From a bacterium (GTDB lineage: Bacteria; Patescibacteriota; Minisyncoccia; UBA6257; JAGOQP01): 45,740 bases of DNA. A model generated the notes under the pieces. It worked only from the letters and a program-made list of their open reading frames with translations, was not told where the DNA came from and ran no database searches. The DNA lies in the NCBI GenBank assembly GCA_021801825.1, contig JAJYXK010000013.1, positions 1 to 45,740 on the forward strand, written 5' to 3'. Made by a program: the position numbers and the translations under genes. Positions 37,502 through 45,740 of this stretch are shown here, in pieces. Every line of letters starts with the position of its first letter. Position 1 is the first letter of the stretch.

Positions 37502-39311
37502 TTGGTTTATCGTTTTTTCTGATGACGGACAGGCAAAGTAGAATGTGGAATAGTCTGTTCGCAATTTGTTCATCAGCAAATGCGTTTTTATTAATGCCAT
37601 GCGCCAAGTTATTTCTTAAATTCCAACCAATGCGTGAAGTGAGCAGAACATGGAAATAATATTCAACGTCCTCGCCTTTAGTCCCAAAAATCTTTTTTAT
37701 AACACCCGATTTAATTAATTCATGTAATGACTTTTCATCATAACCGCCATCATCATTGGGTTTGATTGTTGAAACGCCACTAGTTTTGCAAAGATTTCTG
37801 ATAGCATCTTCAATAAGAGGAATTATAAGATTACTGAATGCAAGAAAATCTCTTGTCCAATACAAATTAAGTGTCTTCAAAATATAATTCTTATCTTCCG
37901 GACGAAATACGGGTGATAGGGATATCCCTTGATATAGGATATCTGGTGTGTAATATTTTATAAATTCATCAAAAGCCCACTTTAAAAAAGGCGATTGAAA
38001 ATGTAAATTCTGTGAGAAGTGTCGGAGTAAATGCTTGTCGTAGTCTTCGTTAATGGGGCCGAATTGTGCCGTGGGATAATTAAACTCCGATACAACTGTG
38101 TTAGTAACTAGATATTGAAAAACATATTTACTTGAAATATCTTTTAGTTGTTTATCGACATGATCTTTCTTCAGAATAAAAAATATTACCAATTTAGAAA
38201 TTACTTTATTTATATCATCGGTCGAATTTTCTGATCGCTTTTCTCCGAAAATTGAGTCGAGAAATTGTTTAATTTCCTCGTTTTTTATTGTAAATTCAGT
38301 TGATACTTCATGAGTAGCAAATTTCCCGCGCTCACCTATATTGCTAATTTCGGCTCTTATTCTTGTTGCGGCCTTTTTTGCAAACTCAAATTTAGAATAA
38401 CGTGAATAAATGTCTGAAATTTTTTCTAGGTAATTCAGTATTAACAAACCATCAGAATTCGCTTGTTTGCTGTCACGAAATGATTTTTCTAATTTAGAGA
38501 GCACTAATTGTAGTTTTTCTTCATTCTCGGTCAGAGCATAGTGTTCAGCAAGCAACACAACGGCACATTCGATATTCCAAGTGTTTGATTCTTCTGATTT
38601 TGATAAACGGTCCAACCTATTTTCTAAATCTAGCAATAAAGTATTTTTCTGCTCGGCGGTAATTTGATTAAAATTGGTATTTTCAAGAAGAAGCCACCTG
38701 AAAGCATAGCCCCAAAGTCCAGGCTTATCATCTTCGGCGAATTTGTTCTCTGTCTCGATGATTACCTGAACTAAGCTACTTAAACGCGAAGAATCATTAA
38801 TTTGCTTTGCTAAAGTGAGGGCGCGTTCTAGCTTGTCCTTACAACCGAGCCCATCATCAAGATTTTTTGCACAAATTTCCAACGTCGCATCTATAACTTT
38901 TTGAACCATTTTGAAATCAAACGATCCGTTTTTAATTTTCGGTTCAAAATCAACAACTAGGTCGGCATATCTACAAACGATTATTGGATGTTTAGAAGCG
39001 TTTGCACGTTCGCGCCAATAATTTAACATCGCCTCGTCAACCGATTTTATGCTAGGGAATTCAACCATCTGATTTTTATCGTTCGGCAAAACAAACATAG
39101 GGCCATAGTATGTGCCCCAACCAGTTTCTTTATTTCGATAATTTGCTAAAAATTGAAACGCTATATATTCGGCAAGTTCGTGTTTATCAGTAAGTTTTTC
39201 ATCTTTGACTTTAAGGATATCCCGAATTTTTTCGCCTATCTTAAATTCATCGATTGGCTCGATGTTATTATCAAGATCTTCGAGATATTGCTTTAATTCT
39301 TCCCTGATCAT
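37494..39311 (-). CDS. DUF4209-like HEPN-domain protein
   Basis: C-terminal 'IEDAIR...GWNLRNNLAHG'. Confidence 0.7.
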   Translation of the reverse strand: MIREELKQYLEDLDNNIEPIDEFKIGEKIRDILKVKDEKLTDKHELAEYIAFQFLANYRNKETGWGTYYGPMFVLPNDKNQMVEFPSIKSVDEAMLNYWRERANASKHPIIVCRYADLVVDFEPKIKNGSFDFKMVQKVIDATLEICAKNLDDGLGCKDKLERALTLAKQINDSSRLSSLVQVIIETENKFAEDDKPGLWGYAFRWLLLENTNFNQITAEQKNTLLLDLENRLDRLSKSEESNTWNIECAVVLLAEHYALTENEEKLQLVLSKLEKSFRDSKQANSDGLLILNYLEKISDIYSRYSKFEFAKKAATRIRAEISNIGERGKFATHEVSTEFTIKNEEIKQFLDSIFGEKRSENSTDDINKVISKLVIFFILKKDHVDKQLKDISSKYVFQYLVTNTVVSEFNYPTAQFGPINEDYDKHLLRHFSQNLHFQSPFLKWAFDEFIKYYTPDILYQGISLSPVFRPEDKNYILKTLNLYWTRDFLAFSNLIIPLIEDAIRNLCKTSGVSTIKPNDDGGYDEKSLHELIKSGVIKKIFGTKGEDVEYYFHVLLTSRIGWNLRNNLAHGINKNAFADEQIANRLFHILLCLSVIRKNDKPNG

Positions 39312-39339
39312 TTCTCATTAACTTAGATCTACGCTTCTC

Positions 39340-40137
39340 TTAAAGAATAACGGTCACTTTTTCATACAACATTGGCCAGCTATCCTGACGCATTCTAAAT
39401 TTGGTACCGTGATTATGACCACTGCGAGCATCGAAGTCGACGAGAATCTTTGCTTCTTCAATTGCTTTCAAAAATCCCTCAAAGCTGAACTTTTGAAGCA
39501 TCATAACCTTATTGTATTTGTAATATTCTTTTCCTCGGACTGTTTTGACTTCTGCCTGAACATAAAAACTATTCAAAAGTTTTGTACCGGCCTTATGTTC
39601 AAGATCATCAAAACCCCAATATGGCTGTGGATTAAGTTCGCCAAGTCCTACTCGTTCCTTTACCGCCTTAAGCCATTCGGCGTGTCGGATATCCACGCTC
39701 TTCGCATCAAAAGATATTAAGACTTTCTTTTCGGTCCGATCGATCTTTACCATAAAACCACGATCACTACGTGTAAGACCATGAATAGTCTGTCTAAAAC
39801 TCATCTCACCTTTTGGATATTTCTTTCCATCTTCCTGATGTGCCCAGCCATACTTTGGTAAAAGGACTTGTGGCACAAAACGAATAGCTCTAGGGGAGGG
39901 CTCAATGTGAAATAAAGTACAAAGAGAAGTTGAATTCAATCGTTGGGCTTTTAGTTCCCATTCGGCTGCATTTGGTATGGGTAAATTGTTTTCTTTGATT
40001 CCGAGTAAGTCCTCGAGAGTATTCCCGATACCGCCATGATTGCCCTTGCGAGCATTAGGAACCCACCCCATATTTGCAATCTCTTTTAATTTTTCAATGA
40101 GGGCCGGCTTTGTGTAAATTTTTGGTTTGTTTGGCAT
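39340..40137 (-). CDS. MvaI/BcnI family restriction endonuclease
   Basis: GIGNTLEDLLGIKENN, ELKAQR, HNHGTKFR. Confidence 0.88.
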   Translation of the reverse strand: MPNKPKIYTKPALIEKLKEIANMGWVPNARKGNHGGIGNTLEDLLGIKENNLPIPNAAEWELKAQRLNSTSLCTLFHIEPSPRAIRFVPQVLLPKYGWAHQEDGKKYPKGEMSFRQTIHGLTRSDRGFMVKIDRTEKKVLISFDAKSVDIRHAEWLKAVKERVGLGELNPQPYWGFDDLEHKAGTKLLNSFYVQAEVKTVRGKEYYKYNKVMMLQKFSFEGFLKAIEEAKILVDFDARSGHNHGTKFRMRQDSWPMLYEKVTVIL

Positions 40138-40141
40138 ATGT

Positions 40142-40948
40142 TTATAAAAGTTTTTGTTGAGCTTTATGATTTTTAATTCTTTTCTTGGCCATCTCGCAAT
40201 ATTCCGGCGAAAGGTCGATACCGATATAATGCCGGTTAAAATTTATAGCAGAAAGTGCGGTAGTGCCTGAACCCATAAATGGGTCCAGAATAATTTTTGC
40301 ATTTGTAGACGACACAATACGATCTATAAGATTTACAGGGAAAGCGGCCGGATGTTCGTTATTCATCTCCTGGGTAAATTCCCATACGTCACCGTGGCCA
40401 CTTGCCTTAGGTGATAATTTAAACTTAGGTTTGGCGATAAGATAGATCACTTCGTATGTCGGCACGAAGTAACCAGGATTAAAATTAAAACCGCCCTTTC
40501 TTCTCCAAATTATTATCTGGCGCACAGGAAAGCCACTTACAATATCCTGCCGATCCTGCAAAACACCTCCTTGTACTCGCCACTTGTGATTATAAAAAAT
40601 TGCGCCATCTTCGGGGATAATTCTCATCATCTCCGTTAAGCATTCACGTTGCCATTTCACATACTCATCATGAGGCATGCAATCGTCGTGATGTGAATAT
40701 CCATTTTGAAGAGCCGCATTTGCCCACTTACCCTTACTACCATTTTTCATTCCGTTACCAGTAGAGTTTTTGAGATTATATGGAGGTGAGGTCACTATCA
40801 AATCAACCGAACCATCGGGTATTTTTTTCATAATATCAACCGCGTTACCGCAGATGATTTTATTTAAAAAGTGATTAGGGTATTCTAACTTCATAACTTT
40901 GGATTTAATAGGACTCGTTTTGGTTCTTGTTTTTACTTGAGTTTCCAT
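40142..40948 (-). CDS. beta-class N4-C/N6-A DNA methyltransferase
   Basis: TSPPY before DPFMGSGTT; HPAAFP. Confidence 0.92.
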   Translation of the reverse strand: METQVKTRTKTSPIKSKVMKLEYPNHFLNKIICGNAVDIMKKIPDGSVDLIVTSPPYNLKNSTGNGMKNGSKGKWANAALQNGYSHHDDCMPHDEYVKWQRECLTEMMRIIPEDGAIFYNHKWRVQGGVLQDRQDIVSGFPVRQIIIWRRKGGFNFNPGYFVPTYEVIYLIAKPKFKLSPKASGHGDVWEFTQEMNNEHPAAFPVNLIDRIVSSTNAKIILDPFMGSGTTALSAINFNRHYIGIDLSPEYCEMAKKRIKNHKAQQKLL

Positions 40949-40949
40949 A

Positions 40950-41153
40950 TTATTTTGAATGCTTTTCATTTTTCTTTTTTACATTACTCGTCTCCTCAAG
41001 AAAGGCATTGAGATCGGATTGCTTGATCCGCCAAACGCCCAATTTAGACGCTTTTAACCTGCCGGACTCGATGTAGCGAGTAACTGTGCGAGTATGTACT
41101 CTCAAAATTTCGGCAATTTCCTCAATGGTGAAAAGTTTTTCTATTTCGTTCAT
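40950..41153 (-). CDS. excisionase-family helix-turn-helix protein
   Basis: FTIEEIAEILRVHTRTV..YI..G.LKA.K.G.WRI. Confidence 0.85.
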   Translation of the reverse strand: MNEIEKLFTIEEIAEILRVHTRTVTRYIESGRLKASKLGVWRIKQSDLNAFLEETSNVKKKNEKHSK

Positions 41154-41253
41154 AAAAATAAAATTAGTCGTTGATGCCATTTTACCGCTTCCGTATTCCA
41201 TTGTCAAAATAGTCGTATTTTGTCATAATACACTTATAGCTAATCTGATAAAG

Positions 41254-41361
41254 TTTAGTGAATGGGAGATGCAAAATGGGTCCGATTCACTAAATTTTCC
41301 GATTTTGCATAGTTTACATACTGTACTATGCAAAAAAGGGACTTTTCGCATAGTACAGTAT
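41254..41361. promoter_or_regulatory. cluster of inverted repeats between divergent genes
   Basis: TTTAGTGAAT/ATTCACTAAA; TTTTGCATAGT/ACTATGCAAAA; ATACTGTACTATGC/GCATAGTACAGTAT. Confidence 0.65.
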
Positions 41362-41417
41362 AGTAAAAAAGGAAAAGTGAACTGGAAGTAATGATTAGGA
41401 TTACATCCAGTTAAAAA

Positions 41418-42104
41418 ATGAGTATGAAAATGAAAAAGGTCGCCAAGACTACCAGCTACAAATTTAATATAAGGAAACCGGTAGATTTTATGTCAACTTA
41501 CCGATTATCTGTAGCCACCACTGAAAAGATTTTGCGATCATCGATGAAATCTTCTGGTATATCTGACGGCGACCAGATCATAAAGCGCAATCAACCAGCG
41601 ATTGGGCTTCTTACCAAAGAAATTATAGAAACCAAACTCGAGGTAAAAAGTATCCGGTCCCTCTTGGAACGCAGAACGAGCAAGTTTGAGGGACTGACTG
41701 AATACGACCAGCATTTTATAAACACATTTGCCAAAGTAGCCGCTATTTCTTTCGCTGAATATTTTTCTCAAGGCAAAATCAAACCTGTTGAATTAAACCA
41801 GACAATTCTCCACTTGTCGGCCGAAGCCGATCTGTACCGTGATCCAAAAAGTAAGTACTGCTACCCTATGGGTAAAGAACAGTCTCGCCATCAAATAATT
41901 AAATATCTGATCGGCAAAGGGTATCAGGCCACATCAGATATCCGCATGGCTACCAGTGCCAAAAGCGACTCATCCGTCCGTTCTGCGATCATGAAAATAA
42001 ATGCCAAAGCCAAGCACGACCTAGAAATAGAGGAGAAATTGATTGAGGGCCGTCGCACTGATGGTTATCGCATCAATCCAGAATATAGAATTTTCTTGAA
42101 GTGA
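41418..42104 (+). CDS. hypothetical protein, probable C-terminal winged HTH
   Basis: 'SVRSAIMKIN...IEGRRTDGYRIN' resembles a wHTH wing. Confidence 0.55.
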   Translation: MSMKMKKVAKTTSYKFNIRKPVDFMSTYRLSVATTEKILRSSMKSSGISDGDQIIKRNQPAIGLLTKEIIETKLEVKSIRSLLERRTSKFEGLTEYDQHFINTFAKVAAISFAEYFSQGKIKPVELNQTILHLSAEADLYRDPKSKYCYPMGKEQSRHQIIKYLIGKGYQATSDIRMATSAKSDSSVRSAIMKINAKAKHDLEIEEKLIEGRRTDGYRINPEYRIFLK

Positions 42105-42141
42105 CGCTCGTAGTCCCCAAGTAATGTTAATAACTTTCCCG

Positions 42142-42167
42142 AAACGCTCACAAAATGAGCGTTTTTT
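42142..42167 (+). terminator. intrinsic terminator
   Basis: AAACGCTCA-CAAAA-TGAGCGTTTTTT. Confidence 0.75.
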
Positions 42168-42231
42168 GTTTGCCAAAATTTCTCTGTGGACTATTTAAGG
42201 CATAGCGGGTCGTTCGCTACGATAAACACAT

Positions 42232-42447
42232 ATGTTAAGCGTAGAGCGAGTCAAACAATTAGCGAACGACCCCACTCTCTCTGATAAACAAATCGAGGAA
42301 ATCAGAGACGGCTTTTATATGCTCTCGCAAGTGATTTTTGAACAGTGGCAAGCTGAAAGAAATAAAGCCAAAGAAGCCGAGCAAAAAGATAATAAGGAAA
42401 TTAATAACCAAAATGAATATGAAAAACCAATCGGACAACAGCAATAA
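42232..42447 (+). CDS. small hypothetical protein
   Basis: Open frame at the head of the rep operon. Confidence 0.65.
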   Translation: MLSVERVKQLANDPTLSDKQIEEIRDGFYMLSQVIFEQWQAERNKAKEAEQKDNKEINNQNEYEKPIGQQQ

Positions 42448-42679
42448 TTTTATCACCAGTGACTTCTATGTAGCCGCTTTCTTGCTTGCCAGCAAATATA
42501 AGCTTGTCGGCATAAACAAAACTGATGTTCGTCGGTTTCGTTTTGTTTTTGTTGATCAGCCGGGACGGGTTCAATTCGTGGAAGGATATTTTTTGGGCTT
42601 TGTCGACGTGAACGTTAAAGAGTTTGTCTCGGCGATCAAGGAACTTAAATCGCTGATGTATAACGACGCGATCGGTTGA
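42413..42679 (+). CDS. DUF5659-like small protein
   Basis: 'TSDFYVAAFL...FRFVF...IKELKS' pattern, recognised from memory. Confidence 0.6.
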   Translation: MNMKNQSDNSNNFITSDFYVAAFLLASKYKLVGINKTDVRRFRFVFVDQPGRVQFVEGYFLGFVDVNVKEFVSAIKELKSLMYNDAIG

Positions 42680-42698
42680 AAATAACTGAATATGAAAT

Positions 42699-43472
42699 AT
42701 GGAAAATCTGCCATTCGAAATAGATAACAATGATTACGTAAAGCTTCCCAGAAGCATCAAGACCGCCCTTGTGGACGGCTATTTGAGTTTTGAGGAATAC
42801 TCGGTCCTCGTCTGGTTGTGGATCAATGCCAATCCCCGGATTGGCAAAGCCCACGTAAGCTACGCCGGACTTTCCAAGGATTTCAAGGAAAAATATTCCA
42901 AAAATCATATCAATCGACTGATGTTGAACCTGAAGCGAAAGAAGTGGATATGGTTTCCGGTACAACAAGGTCGCAGAAGTTCGTTCCATGTTGATATCGC
43001 CAATTATCCTTTATCTAACGGCGGTTTTGTAGAGCTTGAGAAGCGTATCAAACAGAAGTCCGGCAGAAGTGAGAGCGATATTGATAAGCAATTACCAGCA
43101 GAAGTACCTACAGAAGTCAGTGACATTCGGCAGAAGTTGGAAAGCGACAGAAACACTTTAGTGGATAGGTTTTCTTTCGGTTCGGAAAGTTCGCTCGGCA
43201 GAAGTTCCAAGAACGACAACGAAAATGAAAATAAAAACAAACGATCGAATCGTGGTCGACCCGTAAGAGAGTTCACTCCCAAGTCTTACGAGGAACAGAA
43301 ATGCTGGGAGATTGCCCAAGATCTGGGAGAAAAAGATATGACATTCATCCTATCGGCTCTCAAGAAATACGGACTGACAATAATTGAGGAAGCTTACCGG
43401 TCCGTCATGGATCAGCCGGATAATAAAATCCGAAGTCGAGGTGCTTATTTTAATCGTTTAATGAATCTCTAA
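42699..43472 (+). CDS. phage-like replication initiator
   Basis: N-terminal HTH-like region, low-complexity linker with DNA repeats, C-terminal 'RSRGAYFN'. Confidence 0.6.
   Translation: MENLPFEIDNNDYVKLPRSIKTALVDGYLSFEEYSVLVWLWINANPRIGKAHVSYAGLSKDFKEKYSKNHINRLMLNLKRKKWIWFPVQQGRRSSFHVDIANYPLSNGGFVELEKRIKQKSGRSESDIDKQLPAEVPTEVSDIRQKLESDRNTLVDRFSFGSESSLGRSSKNDNENENKNKRSNRGRPVREFTPKSYEEQKCWEIAQDLGEKDMTFILSALKKYGLTIIEEAYRSVMDQPDNKIRSRGAYFNRLMNL
42974..43241 (+). repeat. iteron-like CAGAAGT repeats plus A-rich tract (putative ori)
   Basis: CAGAAGT at 42974, 43053, 43064, 43099, 43111, 43131, 43199. Confidence 0.65.
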
Positions 43473-43473
43473 C

Positions 43474-43971
43474 ATGCCTAAACTCACTTACTTAAGACCA
43501 AAACATAAACGAGCCATAGAAATGAAATGGCAGGGTTCTCAGTACAAAGAAATTGCCAACGAGGTTGGAGTCTCGATTGATACGGTTAAATTCTGGTTTA
43601 GAGCGAATGGGTTTTTGAGAGAATCCTATAACACATACAGAGGCGAGCAAATTCTAAACAGGGACGTTCAGGAAAAACAAGAAAGAATAAAAGCACTTAC
43701 TGGCAATGGTTTGCCACAAAGCGCAACGAATATCATAGATTCTCTAAGTCTGCCGATCCGCAAAATGTTCCAGAAGCTACCGGCGAAAGAAAAAGATGCG
43801 GTGATGGAACGATTTTATGAATTGACTCGGGAGTCCGAGGAGAGAATGAATAACTACACTAAACGGCACCAACTCACACCAAATGACACCAAAAATGAGA
43901 AAGAAATAAATACACTTAGACCAGATAATGCCCAAAATAAGCCACCGGACCGAGCAAAATCATGCGAATAA
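43474..43971 (+). CDS. HTH-domain protein
   Basis: 'GSQYKEIANEVGVSIDTVKFW'. Confidence 0.7.
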   Translation: MPKLTYLRPKHKRAIEMKWQGSQYKEIANEVGVSIDTVKFWFRANGFLRESYNTYRGEQILNRDVQEKQERIKALTGNGLPQSATNIIDSLSLPIRKMFQKLPAKEKDAVMERFYELTRESEERMNNYTKRHQLTPNDTKNEKEINTLRPDNAQNKPPDRAKSCE

Positions 43972-44100
43972 CTACACTTAAATGCAACAAAATGCAGTTA
44001 AATACAACGTTTGAGCAGAAAATCCGAGCTGTGGGCAACTCGAGCTTAGCTTGTTCCACAAAATAGCGTATGTTGTGTGTTGAGAAATCTCTGAGAAAAT

Positions 44101-45681
44101 ATGATGAAAGGAATTATTTACACAAGAGTATCAAGCGACGAACAGGTCAAAGGCACCTCGCTGGAACACCAAGAGGAACTTTGCCGGAAATACTGCAAGG
44201 ACAAAGGCATTGAAGTTGACGTGGTTTTCCGTGAGGAAGGCGAAAGTGCCAAAGACCTGAGCTTACAGAACCGCAAAAAGTTTCTGGAAGCTCTCGAATT
44301 CTGTCGCAAGAACAAAGACAAGGTCCAAGCCTTCGTCGTTTTGCGTGTAGATAGATTTGCCCGTAATGCCGATGACCATTTTGCTATCAGAAAAATCCTG
44401 GCGACATACGGCACAACATTGCATTCAGTCACCGAACCAATCGGAAACGAGCCGGTGGCTAAGCTCTTGGAAACATTTCTTGCTGGCATTGCTGAATTTG
44501 ATAACGCTATCAGAAAACAAAGATGCAGTGACGGCATGTTGGCCAGAATCAATCAAGGCATTTATCCGTGGAAACCGCCGATTGGCTATAAGTGCGTCAA
44601 CTTCAAAAAGCACGGCGAGAAAAAGACCCACGCCGATCCACCGCACGAGCAGATATTCCCGATCATTCAAAGAGGACTGAAAGAATTTGCCCAAGGTCTG
44701 CACTCGCAAAGCGAGCTGATGAGAAAACTGGACGAATGGGGTCTCAAGGATTTAACCGGAAAGAAAAGCACTCCTCAGCTCGTAAGCCGATTAGTAACCA
44801 ACTATCTGAAATTTTATGCCGGCATAATTACCAATCCGTGGACAGGCAAAGATATTGAGGGCCAGCATATTCCGATGATTACCAAGGACGAGATGTATCA
44901 AATCAAAATGATCCTGACCGGTAAAAAGAGACTGGTGGCAAAATACAACATCTTCAACCCAGACTTTCCGCTGAGACGAACCGTGACCTGTGCCGTTTGT
45001 GGACGACCACTGACCGGAAGCGCGCCTCGAGGTGGGATGGGAGGACGATATAACTATTATCACTGCGGAAATAAGAATTGCTGTGTGTTTGGCAAAAGCA
45101 CACCCAAACTGGAACTGGAAAAGATGTTTTTTGAATATTTAGAGAGAGTTACTCCAAAACAAGCGTTTCTCGATATCTTCAAGGAAAGCGTGATCGATAT
45201 TTGGAAAGAGAAAGGCCAGAGATTTGAAATGGAAGCCGAGAAGTGGAAAAAGAAACTGGAAACGCTCGAGGCAAAGAAAAAACGCATCTACGAAATGCGT
45301 GAGGACGGTTCTTATACCAAAGAGGAGTTTGTGGAACGAAAAGATGAAATTGAAAACGAAATATCGACTACCAGAATATTATCAAACGAAGCCCGGATCG
45401 AGCAGTTTGATATTGAAGGATCAATCATTTATGCGACCAAGTTCATAAGCAATCTCGGCCGGCAATGGTTTGATCTTGTGCCACACTTACAGCCCAAGTT
45501 CCAGAAACTGGTCTTCCCGGAAGGAATACCGTTTGAATGGAAAAAAGGATTTGGAACTGCCAAATTAGCAGTCATTTACGAGATGAATCGGGAATTCTCG
45601 ACTGAAAATTCTGCTTTGGTGGACCGTAGGAGATTCGAACTCCTGACCTCGTCATTGCAAATGACGCGCTCTACCAACTAA
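44101..45681 (+). CDS. large serine recombinase (integrase)
   Basis: YTRVSS catalytic Ser, DRFAR, recombinase domain, zinc ribbon CAVC...YYHC, coiled coil; last ~20 codons are antisense tRNA. Confidence 0.95.
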   Translation: MMKGIIYTRVSSDEQVKGTSLEHQEELCRKYCKDKGIEVDVVFREEGESAKDLSLQNRKKFLEALEFCRKNKDKVQAFVVLRVDRFARNADDHFAIRKILATYGTTLHSVTEPIGNEPVAKLLETFLAGIAEFDNAIRKQRCSDGMLARINQGIYPWKPPIGYKCVNFKKHGEKKTHADPPHEQIFPIIQRGLKEFAQGLHSQSELMRKLDEWGLKDLTGKKSTPQLVSRLVTNYLKFYAGIITNPWTGKDIEGQHIPMITKDEMYQIKMILTGKKRLVAKYNIFNPDFPLRRTVTCAVCGRPLTGSAPRGGMGGRYNYYHCGNKNCCVFGKSTPKLELEKMFFEYLERVTPKQAFLDIFKESVIDIWKEKGQRFEMEAEKWKKKLETLEAKKKRIYEMREDGSYTKEEFVERKDEIENEISTTRILSNEARIEQFDIEGSIIYATKFISNLGRQWFDLVPHLQPKFQKLVFPEGIPFEWKKGFGTAKLAVIYEMNREFSTENSALVDRRRFELLTSSLQMTRSTN

Positions 45682-45692
45682 GCTAACGGCCC
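45617..45692 (-). tRNA. tRNA-Ala(TGC)
   Basis: GGGCCGTT...TTTGCAA...TTCGAATC...ACGGTCCACCA; G3:U70 alanine determinant. Confidence 0.95.
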
Positions 45693-45740
45693 ATATTAAA
45701 TTTTGTAAAGATCATCGGTCTCGCCTCTCGTCGTGCCGTC

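Larger units (their letters stand above)
27634..45624. mobile_element. ~18-kb integrative element (large serine recombinase) at tRNA-Ala(TGC)
   Basis: Recombinase runs into the tRNA; GTGGAC core at 27634-27639 and 45619-45624; rep/HTH module plus defence and metal cargo; visible compositional shift. Confidence 0.8.

Noticed and set aside
43850-43985. Short repeats ATAACTACACT (x2) and 10-bp-spaced CACC
   Set aside because: Too short and degenerate to call; no CRISPR repeat-spacer pattern
27634-45624. Complete prophage or ICE
   Set aside because: No capsid, terminase large subunit, tail, relaxase or T4SS genes recognised
1-45740. CRISPR array, rRNA, retron or DGR
   Set aside because: No regularly spaced repeats, rRNA motifs or reverse-transcriptase ORF seen by eye

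Overview
This window looks like part of a Patescibacteria (CPR, probably Parcubacteria-type) chromosome: low GC, clustered rpiB/rpe/split tkt/pfkB, a short AspRS, comEC, ldh, and two tRNA-Pro genes without encoded CCA. It has four parts. (1) 1-4.7 kb: two exported proteins, one with a Bacteroidota/Ignavibacteria-type T9SS sorting tail and one large PKD surface protein. (2) 4.75-10.9 kb: an accessory islet bounded by a ~100-bp direct repeat. It holds a radical SAM/SPASM enzyme with a C-terminal RRE-like domain, an unannotated 45-aa 7-Cys precursor peptide (candidate RiPP), and a five-gene nucleotide-processing operon. (3) 11-27.5 kb: housekeeping genes, two tRNA-Pro and a 6S-like RNA candidate before rpmB. 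(4) 27.63-45.62 kb: an ~18-kb element integrated at tRNA-Ala(TGC) by a large serine recombinase whose att core lies inside its own ORF, so the integrated and excised forms should encode different C-termini. The element carries a phage-like replication module with iterons, R-M and HEPN-like defence genes (one split by an IS982-type IS) and a metal/thiol-redox cassette. All family calls are from motif recognition by eye; no searches were run.
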